64,000 nt of DNA from Candidatus Levyibacteriota bacterium. Lineage in GTDB: Bacteria > Patescibacteriota > Microgenomatia > Levybacterales > UBA12049. The notes beneath the pieces were generated by a model, which saw only the letters and a program-made list of their open reading frames with translations, ran no database searches and was not told where the DNA came from. The stretch covers positions 931-64,930 of the forward strand of contig DAIDHK010000003.1 in NCBI GenBank assembly GCA_027459725.1, written 5' to 3'. Position 1 is the first letter of the stretch; every line of letters starts with the position of its first letter. The translations under genes were made by a program, and so were the position numbers. Positions 47,990 to 58,541 of this stretch are shown here, one piece after another.

Positions 47990-50266
47990 GTGTACTTTGA
48001 TACAATTAGGAGAATGGATAAAACATATAATCATAAAGAGGTAGAAGAGAAAATTTATCAGCAGTGGGAAGAGAGGGGGACTTTTAAACCTGAAATAAAT
48101 CCAGACGGGAAACCTTTTACAATTATTCTACCCCCACCCAATGCAAATGGAGATCTGCATTTTGGTCATGCTATGTTTGTTGTGGAGGATATTCTCGTTC
48201 GTTATCATCGTATGTTGGGAGATAGCACCTTGTGGTTACCTGGAACCGATCATGCCGGAACTGAAACACAATTTGTATTTGAAAAAAAGTTGCAGGAACA
48301 GGGTAAATCACGTTTTGATTTCAGTAGAGAAGAGCTTTATGAAAAAGTAAAAGAATATGTAGATAAAAATAGGGGTGGAATCCAGAATCAACTGCGTAAA
48401 CTGGGTTTTTCACTGGACTGGTCGCGTGAGAAATATACTCTTGATGCTGATATTGTAAAAATAGTTATTGAGACTTTCAGGCGCATGTATGATGATGGAT
48501 TGATTTATCGAGATTATAGATTAGTTAATTATTGCACTCGGGACGGAACGTCATTTTCTGATTTGGAAACGATTAGTCAGGAAAAAGAAGGAAATTTATA
48601 TTATATTAAATATCCTGTTAAAGAGGGTGGTTTTATAACTGTTGCCACTACGAGACCTGAAACTTTATATGGTGATGTAGCAGTTATGGTTCATCCGAAG
48701 GATGTAAGGTATAAACATTTAATTGGTAAGACAGTCCTTTTGCCTTTAACACAGAGGGAGATACCAATTATTGCGGACGAGAGTGTAGAAAAAGATTTTG
48801 GTACTGGAGCAGTGAAAGTTACACCTTCCCATGACTTTACAGATTTTGAAGTAGGCAGAAAGCATAATCTATCTTTTCCTCCTATAATCGGTTGGAATGG
48901 TAAATTTGAGAAAACCGGTATCGTAGATGGTTTATATGCCAAACAGGCAAGAGAGAAAACGGTAGAACTTTTAAAAGAAAAAGGGCTTTTGGAAAAAGAA
49001 GAAATACACAAAATGGTCATCAAAGTCTGTTATAAATGTAAGACTATTCTTGAGCCTTTACCGCTTGAACAATGGTATGTTAGGGTACAATCTTTAAAAG
49101 AGAAAGCGATTGAAGTAGTTAAAAATGGAGAGATTAAAATTACACCTAATAGTTTTGTTAAACCATATATTGACTGGTTGGAGGGCTTGCGGGATTGGAA
49201 TATCTCAAGACAGAATGTCTGGGGAATTAGAATTCCGGTCTGGTATGAACTAGAGCATGAAACAGATTTTGCTGTTAGTTTTCTTGACCAAAAAGGTAAT
49301 TATCATCAAGGATTATTAAATGAGTTGTTAGGTCAAGGCTTTTCTTTTGACGAGATAGCTTTAGGGTTACAGCGTGTAATTGCTCGTATTGAGGCAAAAG
49401 TGGTGTTGGAAGAGGAAAAAGACCCTAAGAAAAAATATTTGCCTGAAACAGACACTTTTGATACATGGTTTTCTTCCGGACAATGGCCATTTGCCGTCTT
49501 AATGGCGAACAGTGATTGTAAAAACGCAGATGGCTTCTTTGAGAAGTTTTATCCAACTTCTGTGATGGAAACAGCCTATGATATCCTTCGTGCCTGGGTG
49601 AGTAGAATGGTGATGCTAGGAATTTATCGTACGGGGAAGATCCCTTTTAGACAGGTTTTGTTTCATGGTTTAGTTAACGATCCTTATGGCAAAAAAATGA
49701 GTAAATCCAAAGGAAATGTTGTAAATCCACTTGAGTTAATTGAGCAATATGGAGCCGATGCCGTTCGATTTGCTTTAGTTTATGGTAACGCGACGGGAGC
49801 TGACCAAAGCTTATCATATACTAAATTAGAGGCGGCAAGAAAATTTACTAACAAGCTGTGGAATATGGCTAGATTTATTGAGATGAAAAGGCTAGAGCTG
49901 AAAATTACTTTCTTTACAGATCATTCTGTGGGCAATTTGAAAAAAGTTAACACTAATGAATTTGATCAAAAATGGATTAAAAAAGTTGAAGATTTAACCA
50001 TAGAGATCAGTAAATATATCGACAGTTATCAGTTTAATTTAGCCTCAGAAAAATTGTATGATTTTGTCTGGCATGAATTTGCTGATAAATATATTGAGGA
50101 GACGAAAACAAATCCGGATGGATTAATCGTACTCGAGTCCTTATTTGTTATTATACTGAAGCTGCTACATCCCTTTATGCCATTCGTTACTGAGGAAATC
50201 TATCAGAAAATACCCGGGCATGATGGCATGTTAATTACGGCTATATGGCCAGACTTTCGGGAATAG
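47990..50266 (+). CDS. valS: valyl-tRNA synthetase (compact 758-aa form)
   Basis: Class I motifs 'PPPNANGDLHFGHA' (HIGH) and 'KMSKSKGN'. The ValRS-type 'WLPGTDHAGTETQ' is present. Confidence 0.8.
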   Translation: MYFDTIRRMDKTYNHKEVEEKIYQQWEERGTFKPEINPDGKPFTIILPPPNANGDLHFGHAMFVVEDILVRYHRMLGDSTLWLPGTDHAGTETQFVFEKKLQEQGKSRFDFSREELYEKVKEYVDKNRGGIQNQLRKLGFSLDWSREKYTLDADIVKIVIETFRRMYDDGLIYRDYRLVNYCTRDGTSFSDLETISQEKEGNLYYIKYPVKEGGFITVATTRPETLYGDVAVMVHPKDVRYKHLIGKTVLLPLTQREIPIIADESVEKDFGTGAVKVTPSHDFTDFEVGRKHNLSFPPIIGWNGKFEKTGIVDGLYAKQAREKTVELLKEKGLLEKEEIHKMVIKVCYKCKTILEPLPLEQWYVRVQSLKEKAIEVVKNGEIKITPNSFVKPYIDWLEGLRDWNISRQNVWGIRIPVWYELEHETDFAVSFLDQKGNYHQGLLNELLGQGFSFDEIALGLQRVIARIEAKVVLEEEKDPKKKYLPETDTFDTWFSSGQWPFAVLMANSDCKNADGFFEKFYPTSVMETAYDILRAWVSRMVMLGIYRTGKIPFRQVLFHGLVNDPYGKKMSKSKGNVVNPLELIEQYGADAVRFALVYGNATGADQSLSYTKLEAARKFTNKLWNMARFIEMKRLELKITFFTDHSVGNLKKVNTNEFDQKWIKKVEDLTIEISKYIDSYQFNLASEKLYDFVWHEFADKYIEETKTNPDGLIVLESLFVIILKLLHPFMPFVTEEIYQKIPGHDGMLITAIWPDFRE

Positions 50267-50289
50267 GTCGGAAAATCCTCGGGAATTAA
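50256..50289. promoter_or_regulatory. copy 2 of the triple direct-repeat motif (TTCGGGAATAGGTCGGAAAATCCTCGGGAATTAA). It overlaps the valS stop codon and precedes def.
   Basis: See copy 1. Confidence 0.4.
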
Positions 50290-50291
50290 TT

Positions 50292-50930
50292 ATGACTAAC
50301 ATTACCTGGAGACCTCAATTACCACCTTATAGGAAGTATAAAAAGAAGATGTATGCTCAGCTTGGATTGACCTCGGGTTTTATCTATCAGTTAGGGGAAG
50401 AAGATATGATTAGACGAAAGAGTAGAGAAGTAAAACCGGAAGAAATTCAAAGTAAAGAAATACAGTCAAAGATTAAGTATTTGAAAAGATGCTTGTTAAA
50501 ATATCGCAAAATAACAAGTATGGGTAGGGGAGTGGCTGGTGTACAAGTGGGGATTCCAGAACGATTAGCGGTTATTTATATGCCCGAGGAAGAAGACAAA
50601 TTATTAACAATTATTAATCCGCACATTATAGATAGGGCAGGGGATAGCTTAAAATTTACCGAAGGCTGTATGAGCGAAGGACCTCTTTTTGCTCCAGTAG
50701 TGCGTCCAGCTTGGATTAAATTTAAATATTTAGACGAGCAGGGGAGAGAACGGATGTGGGATAAAAAATCTGATAATCCCGCTCATTGTATAGCAAATAG
50801 AGTTTTCCAACACGAAATTGATCATATGGATGGTATAATCTTTCTAGACAGGGGAATCTTAAGTGAATTAACACTTGATTCTGACCCCCAATTTTATGAG
50901 CAAGTCAAATTCGAGGAAGTTCATTCGTAA
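50292..50930 (+). CDS. def: peptide deformylase. The real start is probably an internal Met, e.g. 50406 (MIRRK...).
   Basis: Motifs 'GVAGVQVGIPERLAVI', 'EGCMSEGP', 'QHEIDHMDG'. Confidence 0.75.
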   Translation: MTNITWRPQLPPYRKYKKKMYAQLGLTSGFIYQLGEEDMIRRKSREVKPEEIQSKEIQSKIKYLKRCLLKYRKITSMGRGVAGVQVGIPERLAVIYMPEEEDKLLTIINPHIIDRAGDSLKFTEGCMSEGPLFAPVVRPAWIKFKYLDEQGRERMWDKKSDNPAHCIANRVFQHEIDHMDGIIFLDRGILSELTLDSDPQFYEQVKFEEVHS

Positions 50931-51363
50931 AAAACCGCCTCATAAGCCGAATCGAAACGAAAAATATATTTTTCTTGGGAATACCCAAACTAAAGATAAG
51001 AAAAATAAGATCAATAATAAGACAGTACAAAAAGAAAACAAATGGCCTCTTTATTTGTATGTTTTTGCAGTTTGTTTTGTCTGTGGCATTATTCTTATGG
51101 GAATGTTATTAGTCGAGAAAACGATTGCTCAAAAGTATGATCAGCTGCAAGCTGATAAAACTACCAGAGCATCTATTGAACAGCAAATAGTAGAATGGAA
51201 GGGGATTTTACAAAAATACCCTGATTATAGGGACGGATATTATCATTTAGCCGTTCTGGAATATGAGTTAGGCAATAAACCTGCTGCGCAAATATATAAT
51301 CAGCAAGCTTTAGACATTGATCCAAATTATACCCCATCAAGACAACTGGAAAAGAAACTATAA
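50875..51363 (+). CDS. hypothetical bitopic protein with a C-terminal TPR-like repeat (start probably at an internal Met, about 50896)
   Basis: Basic N-terminus, TM 'LYLYVFAVCFVCGIILMGMLLV', TPR-like 'YRDGYYHLAVLEYELGNKPAAQIYNQQALDIDPNY'. Confidence 0.45.
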   Translation: MILTPNFMSKSNSRKFIRKKPPHKPNRNEKYIFLGNTQTKDKKNKINNKTVQKENKWPLYLYVFAVCFVCGIILMGMLLVEKTIAQKYDQLQADKTTRASIEQQIVEWKGILQKYPDYRDGYYHLAVLEYELGNKPAAQIYNQQALDIDPNYTPSRQLEKKL

Positions 51364-51383
51364 AAAAATGAAGTTTATCTAAC

Positions 51384-52058
51384 TTATTTTTCTTCTTTGG
51401 GAGCAGCTGTTGTGGAGTCAGGTTCTGCTGATGTTTCACCCTTAGATGGTATAGTGGCTTCACCCTCAGCAGCTGTAACTACGGGTTCGGGTTCTTTCTC
51501 TTCTTTTACTAATTCAGAAACCTGTACCACATTTTCCTCGGACGATGTAAGAATAGTAACGCCTTCGGGGGCCTTAATATCGGATACTTCTAAGATATCG
51601 CCAATTTCTTCCAAAGAAGATGCATCTACTTCAATAAAATCCGGAATGGCTTCTGGTAGGGCTTCTATCTCAATCTCGTTCAACAACTGCATTAATAATC
51701 CTTGATGATCGGTTACGGGTGCTGGTTCACCCACCACCTTAACTGGAACACTTGTTCTAATTTTTTCTTTCAGATTAACTTGATAGAAGTCCACATGTAA
51801 TGGTTGTGCACTATTAAAGTGCATTTGAGGGTTTTTGACTAAAACAGGAATTGTTTGTCCACTGACTTCCAGATCGATAATCCCTGTTTCTCCAACTTCG
51901 GAATAAACAGGAGCAAAATCTGCATAATTTACTTCGACTGCCTGACTGGGAATACCTTTCCCATACACATTGGCTGGCATTTTACCTCCACGGCGCAGTT
52001 GTTTAACTTTTTTGCCATTGATCTCACGTTTATTAGCGATTAATTTTGGATGCTGCAT
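51384..52058 (-). CDS. rplY: 50S ribosomal protein L25 / general stress protein Ctc
   Basis: 'REINGKKVKQLRRGGKMPANVYGKGIPSQAVEV' L25 N-domain plus an acidic Ctc-type C-terminal extension. Confidence 0.8.
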   Translation of the reverse strand: MQHPKLIANKREINGKKVKQLRRGGKMPANVYGKGIPSQAVEVNYADFAPVYSEVGETGIIDLEVSGQTIPVLVKNPQMHFNSAQPLHVDFYQVNLKEKIRTSVPVKVVGEPAPVTDHQGLLMQLLNEIEIEALPEAIPDFIEVDASSLEEIGDILEVSDIKAPEGVTILTSSEENVVQVSELVKEEKEPEPVVTAAEGEATIPSKGETSAEPDSTTAAPKEEK

Positions 52059-52177
52059 GAACGTAATTATAACAGAAACCGGACTTTGTGGTCAAACGGT
52101 CGTTGTTTTAGTAGAATTACAGCTTTGCTTGATTAATTCAAAGCTTAATTTGTTATAATACATAGTTCTTTTGATTT

Positions 52178-52717
52178 ATGAATATAACAGAAATATTAGA
52201 TCCAATTAGAAATTTGCAACTCAATCATAAATTGAAAGATAGGGTATATGGGGTTGATTCTTCAGACAAGATTTCACTCACTGTAGCAGATGTCATGTCT
52301 AACTTAGCCTCTTCAGAGCTTGCATTTCCAACTATAGGTCGGTTAGTTATGTATACTAAAATTCTTTTTTCTCTCGATACTATGAGGGGAGTGGTTTTTA
52401 GTGGGTCTGAATATTATCCTAACGTAATTATTCCGTATTTGTTGGAGGGGGAAAATAGACTCCCGACAGAACAAAGAATAGTATACGAATATAATAAAGG
52501 AGTTTCTTTGTTTAGAGCTGATAATTATTTAGCATCTATCGGAGAAAGTAAGGATGGGGTGCGTTTTGTAAAAAGTCGTCGTCTTGACGTAGAAAACACA
52601 TATGACTGGCTAAGAATTAAAAGAGGAATTAGGAAGGATATTACACAGACACCTGTAACGGGGACTAAATATTTTCAGCCCTATATCGCAGCGGCAGTAA
52701 TCTTTAATAAAATATAA
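52178..52717 (+). CDS. hypothetical protein, 179 aa
   Basis: Intact ORF upstream of ruvC. No motif recognised. Confidence 0.45.
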   Translation: MNITEILDPIRNLQLNHKLKDRVYGVDSSDKISLTVADVMSNLASSELAFPTIGRLVMYTKILFSLDTMRGVVFSGSEYYPNVIIPYLLEGENRLPTEQRIVYEYNKGVSLFRADNYLASIGESKDGVRFVKSRRLDVENTYDWLRIKRGIRKDITQTPVTGTKYFQPYIAAAVIFNKI

Positions 52718-52764
52718 AATTATTAAAATTTGCATTTGTCGTCCTTCCTTGCCATACTGCTTGC

Positions 52765-53259
52765 ATGAGAATTTTGGGTATTGATCCGGGTATAGGTCGT
52801 ACGGGCTGGGGAATAATAGAGGTTGATGCTTCGAAGTTTGAGGTTAGAGAGTATGGATGTATTGAGACACAGCCTAATAGTCCGTTGGGTGATCGTTTAA
52901 TTATCCTTTATGACGTATTAAAAAAGATTATTGAGAAACAGAGGCCTGACGAGATCAGCATAGAAGAATTATTCTTTAATACTAACGCCAAGACCGCTTT
53001 GATGGTGGGACATGCACGAGGGGTTGTCTTATTGGTGGCTGGACAGATGGGAATACCGATAGGCGAATATACTCCTTTGCAAGTTAAGATGGCGCTGACT
53101 GGTTACGGACGGGCAGAAAAACCACAAATTGGTCAGATGGTCAAAACCCTACTCAGGTTATCCTCAATTCCAAAACCTGACGATACCTCAGATGCTCTTG
53201 CAGTTGCGCTGACTCATGCCTTTTCTAGAAAGATGGGTTTATATCACCAGGTAAGGTAA
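52765..53259 (+). CDS. ruvC: Holliday junction resolvase RuvC
   Basis: 'MRILGIDPGIGRTGWGIIE' plus the catalytic D/E pattern. Confidence 0.85.
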   Translation: MRILGIDPGIGRTGWGIIEVDASKFEVREYGCIETQPNSPLGDRLIILYDVLKKIIEKQRPDEISIEELFFNTNAKTALMVGHARGVVLLVAGQMGIPIGEYTPLQVKMALTGYGRAEKPQIGQMVKTLLRLSSIPKPDDTSDALAVALTHAFSRKMGLYHQVR

Positions 53260-53421
53260 GTAGGGCTGTGAATTAGCGTTTAGACAGTATGTCATTTTTG
53301 TGTCTTCATGGCTAAGATCGAAAAATACTCGATGATAATTATATACTAAATTTTTTCTGCAGCTTTTATGATCCTCTATTTGCCATAAGCCATATTACGT
53401 GATATATTTTCACTGCCTCAT

Positions 53422-54000
53422 ATGATTGGTCTGCTTAAAGGTAAAATTGTCTATAAATCTGATCTATACATCATCGTTGATGTTCATGGTGTGGGCTATA
53501 AAGTTTTTGTCGGAACTACGACTCTATCAGATACAGATCTACATAAAGATGAGATAACTATTTTTACTTACACTCATGTACGTGAAGACTCTTTAGATTT
53601 ATATGGTTTTATAGATCCGGCTGACCTGCGCTTGTTTGAATATTTAATAGGGGTGTCAGGGGTAGGTTGTAAGACAGCTTTGGGTATTTTTTCCGTTGGA
53701 AAAAGGGATGAAATCACGAACGCCATTTTGCGTGCTGATGCAGATTTCTTTACCGCCGTACCTAGACTTGGCAAAAAGAATGCACAAAAAATTATTATTG
53801 AGTTAAAGTCTAAACTAGGCAGCACTGCTGATCTTGATTTATCAGGTGGAGGTAGTGATAATGCGACTGTTATTGAAGCGCTTAAACAGTTTGGTTATTC
53901 TAGCAGCGAAATAAATTCAGCCTTGAAATCCCTCAAAGATAAGAACATAAATGAAAATGAAAAAATTAGATTGGCTTTGAAGTATTTAGGCCGCAGTTAA
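53422..54000 (+). CDS. ruvA: Holliday junction branch migration protein RuvA
   Basis: '[10 protein letters not shown]...[13 protein letters not shown]', HhH '[13 protein letters not shown]'. Confidence 0.85.
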   Translation: MIGLLKGKIVYKSDLYIIVDVHGVGYKVFVGTTTLSDTDLHKDEITIFTYTHVREDSLDLYGFIDPADLRLFEYLIGVSGVGCKTALGIFSVGKRDEITNAILRADADFFTAVPRLGKKNAQKIIIELKSKLGSTADLDLSGGGSDNATVIEALKQFGYSSSEINSALKSLKDKNINENEKIRLALKYLGRS

Positions 54001-54008
54001 TAAAGAAT

Positions 54009-55052
54009 ATGGATAATAAACATAACACTATTATCAAAGAGGAACAAATGGAGCCTGAGGAAGAGCAGTTGATAACTTCTGTCCGGGCAGCGGATTGGGG
54101 TGAGTTCATGGGGCAGTCAAATATCAAGGAAAGTTTATCGGTGGCTATTCAGGCAGCTAAAAAACGTAAAGAAGCCTTGGAACACGTTTTATTATATGGG
54201 CCACCGGGTTTGGGTAAAACTACTCTTTCGCACATTATTGCCAAGGAAATGGGTAGCAATATCCGCGTAACTTCTGGGCCCGCGATTGAGCGGGCAGGAG
54301 ATCTGGCATCTATCTTAACTAACTTGGAAAAGAGGGATGTATTGTTTATCGATGAAATACATCGCTTAAATAAAGTAGTGGAGGAGACACTTTATCCTGC
54401 TATGGAGGATTATGCTTTGGATATTGTGGTAGGTAAAGGACCATCAGCCCGTACTTTGCGCTTGGATTTGCCGCCATTTACAATTGTAGGAGCCACCACC
54501 AGAGTTGGGCTACTATCTGCTCCGCTGCGTGACAGATTCGGTGTAATTCACCGGTTGAATTTTTATTCACCTAAGGAATTACGGGTGATTATTAAGAATG
54601 CGGCAAAAAAATTAAAAGTAGAAATTGACTCAGACAGCTTGATTGCTATTTCTACGCGCAGTCGGGGAACACCTAGAATTGCTTTAAAATTATTGAAACG
54701 TGTGCGTGATTATAGCCAGGTACATGGTGATGGTGAAGTTACCCTGGATGATACTACTAAGGCCTTGGATATGCTGGAAGTAGACAAGGTAGGTTTAGAC
54801 ACCTTAGACTTGCGTTATTTGGATGCTATCATTAAAAAGCACAGCGGTGGGCCCGTGGGTGTTGAGACTATTGGTTCTACAATTTCAGAGGATATTGGTA
54901 CGCTGGAAGATATGGTTGAGCCATACTTACTACAGATCGGTTTTATCAGACGTACAGCACGCGGGCGGGTGGCTACTAAGCATGCCTATGTACATTTAGG
55001 AGTTGTTTATCCCTCTTCTATGGAAGATGTTGATCAACAGAAGTTGTTGTAG
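54009..55052 (+). CDS. ruvB: Holliday junction branch migration ATPase RuvB
   Basis: '[18 protein letters not shown]', '[10 protein letters not shown]', arginine finger and winged helix. Confidence 0.9.
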   Translation: MDNKHNTIIKEEQMEPEEEQLITSVRAADWGEFMGQSNIKESLSVAIQAAKKRKEALEHVLLYGPPGLGKTTLSHIIAKEMGSNIRVTSGPAIERAGDLASILTNLEKRDVLFIDEIHRLNKVVEETLYPAMEDYALDIVVGKGPSARTLRLDLPPFTIVGATTRVGLLSAPLRDRFGVIHRLNFYSPKELRVIIKNAAKKLKVEIDSDSLIAISTRSRGTPRIALKLLKRVRDYSQVHGDGEVTLDDTTKALDMLEVDKVGLDTLDLRYLDAIIKKHSGGPVGVETIGSTISEDIGTLEDMVEPYLLQIGFIRRTARGRVATKHAYVHLGVVYPSSMEDVDQQKLL

Positions 55053-55078
55053 TAATCATAAGAAAATATTTTTAGTAA

Positions 55079-55612
55079 CTATTGCTGTAAGTATGTTTTT
55101 AACTTCTGTAATGCAATACCACGCATGGAGATTCTATTTTTTTCCTCGATAGTCATTTCTCCAAATGTTTTATTCATACCTTTAGGTTGAAAGATAGAAT
55201 TAAAACCAAAACTTCTGTCTCCGCGGGGTCTTACCAGATCTCCCTCAATTGTTCCATCAAAAAAATGAACATCAGCAGCATTTTGAGCATAACCAATAAT
55301 AGTAGTGCATCGGGCTTTCGTATCTCCCAATTGGACACAAATTTCAGATAATTTCTGATCACCCAGAACTTGCTCAAACCACTTACCCAGGGGACCAGGT
55401 AAACCGTTAAGACATGATAAGTAAAGAGAAGTATCTTCGATAATAAAAGGTCCGTCATGATGTTGAAGTGCTGTTTGCAGCTTGTTCTCAATAATCTTTT
55501 TTGCATCAATTTCCTGGATTTCCGGTAGATCAATTTTTAATTGCTCGATATCGGGGAAAAATTGTTGTACTTCACGAAATTTGAATTTATTGCCGGTAAT
55601 AAAATAAAGCAT
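55079..55612 (-). CDS. non-canonical purine NTP pyrophosphatase (Ham1/RdgB/ITPase family)
   Basis: 'MLYFITGNKFKFREV', 'IIEDTSLYLSCLNGLPG', 'FGFNSIF'. Confidence 0.75.
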   Translation of the reverse strand: MLYFITGNKFKFREVQQFFPDIEQLKIDLPEIQEIDAKKIIENKLQTALQHHDGPFIIEDTSLYLSCLNGLPGPLGKWFEQVLGDQKLSEICVQLGDTKARCTTIIGYAQNAADVHFFDGTIEGDLVRPRGDRSFGFNSIFQPKGMNKTFGEMTIEEKNRISMRGIALQKLKTYLQQ

Positions 55613-55698
55613 TGGAAAGTGAATTATTTATAACATAATGCTAAAAAAAAAGAAATTTATACTTCGAAATAATTCCTCATCTTCTACACATCGCATCG

Positions 55699-55727
55699 TT
55701 GACAAATTTTTTATTAACCTGTAAAGT
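55699..55727 (+). promoter_or_regulatory. candidate sigma70-like promoter for guaB: TTGACA -17- TAAAGT, ending 5 nt before the ATG (near-leaderless)
   Basis: -35 at 55699..55704 and -10 at 55722..55727. Confidence 0.3.
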
Positions 55728-55732
55728 GAATT

Positions 55733-56878
55733 ATGGACCCTGCCAAAAATGTTTTTCCACTTGCTCTAACCTTCGACGATATATTACTTTTACCTGATTA
55801 TGCTGGATTTTCTCGTTCAGATGTTTCATTGACAACATATATTACCAGAAAAGTTAGAATAGATTTGCCTTTTATTTCTTCTCCTATGGATACCGTGACA
55901 GAGAGTAAATTGGCCATTGCATTGGCAAATAATGGCGGAATAGGGATTATTCATCGTAATCTATCTATTGATCAGCAAGCAGATGAAGTAGCAAAAGTTA
56001 AAAAACATAAACTGTTGGTAGGAGCAGCTATTGGTGCAAGTAAGGGGTATGAAGAAAGGGTAGCTGCTCTGATAAAGGCTGGTGCAGATGTGTTATTAGT
56101 CGACTCCGCCCATGGTTATACCAGATCTGTAATTGACACGACTAGGGATATTAAGAAGCGCTATGCTAAACAGCAGGTTATTTCAGGCAATGTGGCGACA
56201 TATGATGGGACCTTAGCATTGATTGGTGCCGGAGCTGACGGGGTACGTGTGGGCATGGGCCCGGGAGCAATTTGTACGACCCGAATTATTTCAGGTATGG
56301 GGGTTCCGCAAGTTACGGCCTTAAGAGAAGCCGTAAGAGCAGCCAGAAAGACGAAAACACCAATTATTGCGGATGGAGGGATTAAGTACTCGGGAGATAT
56401 GGTTAAGGCATTGGCTCTAGGTGCCAGCGCGGTGATGATGGGCAGTTTTTTTGCCAGTGCAGTTGAATCACCTGGGGAGACTGTGGAATTAAATAAAGCT
56501 CACGTTCCTCATCGTTTTCAAAGTATTTTTACTAAAGGCAGACAACATTTTCTTTTCAAACAGTATCGTGGGATGGGTTCAATTGGTGCAATGGAACAGG
56601 GTGCCAAGATTAAAGCAGAAGATGAATACCATGGTAAATCCTACAAAGATCGTGTCCTGATTGCCGAGGGTGTGGAGGGGTTAGTCCCCGTAAAAGGTAA
56701 AGTGTCTGATTTAGTCGATCAGGCGTATGGTGGAATTCAATCGGGCATGTATTATGTAGGTGCTAAAACAATTACAGAGTTATGGAAAAAAGCTAAGTTT
56801 ATTCAAATTACTCAGGCCTCTTTGATGGAGAGCCATCCGCATGATGTGTTAATTACCAATCCAGGTGAAAATTATTAA
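55733..56878 (+). CDS. guaB: IMP dehydrogenase-family protein lacking the CBS pair (compact IMPDH or GMP reductase; next to guaA)
   Basis: 'GIGIIHRN', catalytic loop '[11 protein letters not shown]', '[27 protein letters not shown]'. 381 aa, with no CBS insertion. Confidence 0.7.
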   Translation: MDPAKNVFPLALTFDDILLLPDYAGFSRSDVSLTTYITRKVRIDLPFISSPMDTVTESKLAIALANNGGIGIIHRNLSIDQQADEVAKVKKHKLLVGAAIGASKGYEERVAALIKAGADVLLVDSAHGYTRSVIDTTRDIKKRYAKQQVISGNVATYDGTLALIGAGADGVRVGMGPGAICTTRIISGMGVPQVTALREAVRAARKTKTPIIADGGIKYSGDMVKALALGASAVMMGSFFASAVESPGETVELNKAHVPHRFQSIFTKGRQHFLFKQYRGMGSIGAMEQGAKIKAEDEYHGKSYKDRVLIAEGVEGLVPVKGKVSDLVDQAYGGIQSGMYYVGAKTITELWKKAKFIQITQASLMESHPHDVLITNPGENY

Positions 56879-56889
56879 AAAAAATTGTT

Positions 56890-58407
56890 ATGATTCTGAT
56901 CGTTGATTTTGGTTCACAAACTACTCACCTCATTAGTCGTAGATTAAAAGATATAGGGATTACCTCTAAGATTATTGATCCAGAAAAATTAATGGTAGCG
57001 CTGAATGAGAGTTCTCCTGCTGGGATTATCCTCTCGGGAGGGCCTGCCTCGGTCTATGAGAAAAACGCTCCTAGTATTGATAAGAGGATTTTTGAATTAA
57101 ATCTACCCATTTTAGGTATTTGTTATGGCTGGCAGCTGATGACTCAATTATTAGGTGGTAATGTTGAGTCAGGTAAAAAAGAATATGGTCCTACCACGCT
57201 GAGAGTGTATGATTTTCATGATTTATTTTATGGCGCTCCGGATAAATTTATTGTTTTTGAATCACATGGTGACACAGTTGTAAAATTGCCTGCTGGATTT
57301 GCCATTATGGCTTCCACGCCTTCTGTAGAGTATGCAGCTGTTGGGAATAAAGCTAGAAAGATGTATGGAGTGCAATTCCATCCCGAAGTTCATGATACCC
57401 GATTTGGTAAACAGTTACTCGAGAATTTTGCGACCAGGATTTGCGGACTGGGAGTTAAGCCAGTCAAATTAGATCTTAACTCTATGGTTGAGGAAATAAA
57501 AGTTAAAGTGGACAAGAATAAGGTTATCGGTGCATTCTCAGGTGGAACTGATTCAGCAGTGGCGGGTGCTTTAGTGGCAAAAGCGATTGGTAGACAGTTT
57601 ATCCCTGTTTATATAGATAGCGGATTGATGCGTGAAGAAACACTTGGAAGAATTAAAGATACATTTCCTAAAGTATTGGGAATTCCAGTCAAAATAATCC
57701 ATGCCCGCAAAGAATTTTTGCAGGCTCTAAATGGTGTCACTGATCCGGAGCAAAAAAGAAAAGTGATTGGTAAGTTATACATTGATTTATTTCAGGCAGA
57801 AGCGGCAAAACATAAAAACGTCAGGTTTTTACTACAAGGTACGACATATGCTGATTTTATTCACTCTCAGGGCACAAAAAGATCGGCGCATATTAAGAGT
57901 CATCATAATGTAGGGGGTCTACCGAAGAATTTACCATTTAAGTTACTGGAGCCATTGAGATATTTCTATACCGACGAAGTACGTAAAATTGGTCTAAAGA
58001 TAGGATTACCAAGAGAGGTAGTTTTTCAGCAGCCATTTCCCGGTCCAGGACATGCAGTCAGAATTATAGGGGAGGTTACAACAGATCGTTTAAATAAACA
58101 AGTCCTAGCGGATTCTATAGTGCTAGATGAGATGCAAAAAGCAGGTCAGTATACTAAGGTTTTTCAGTGCTGGTCAATTATGACGGGTATTAATAGTACG
58201 GCAGTGAAGGGCGATGGACGGTTTTATGGAGAAATAATTGCTATACGGGTGGTCAAGAGTAAAGATCGAATGACTGCTGATTGGGCAAGATTGCCATATA
58301 ATCTGCTTGCTAAACTTTCAACTCGTTTAGTAAATGAAGTACCGGGAATTTCGCGGGTAGTCTATGACATTACCACCAAACCTCCAGCAACTATGGAATG
58401 GGAGTAA
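56890..58407 (+). CDS. guaA: GMP synthase (glutamine-hydrolysing)
   Basis: GATase 'GICYGWQLM', PP-loop 'SGGTDSAV', C-terminal dimerisation domain. Confidence 0.85.
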   Translation: MILIVDFGSQTTHLISRRLKDIGITSKIIDPEKLMVALNESSPAGIILSGGPASVYEKNAPSIDKRIFELNLPILGICYGWQLMTQLLGGNVESGKKEYGPTTLRVYDFHDLFYGAPDKFIVFESHGDTVVKLPAGFAIMASTPSVEYAAVGNKARKMYGVQFHPEVHDTRFGKQLLENFATRICGLGVKPVKLDLNSMVEEIKVKVDKNKVIGAFSGGTDSAVAGALVAKAIGRQFIPVYIDSGLMREETLGRIKDTFPKVLGIPVKIIHARKEFLQALNGVTDPEQKRKVIGKLYIDLFQAEAAKHKNVRFLLQGTTYADFIHSQGTKRSAHIKSHHNVGGLPKNLPFKLLEPLRYFYTDEVRKIGLKIGLPREVVFQQPFPGPGHAVRIIGEVTTDRLNKQVLADSIVLDEMQKAGQYTKVFQCWSIMTGINSTAVKGDGRFYGEIIAIRVVKSKDRMTADWARLPYNLLAKLSTRLVNEVPGISRVVYDITTKPPATMEWE

Positions 58408-58541
58408 GTTTTTACACTAGTTACTTCTTCTGCTACAATGGCGCTGTAAGTTATACAGAGTAGCAGAGAGCAAAGTTTCTCGCAAAATGAGTTTGTTTGC
58501 TTAGCTGAAGAATTGCACTTTCTGTTTTAATTAACTTTTAA

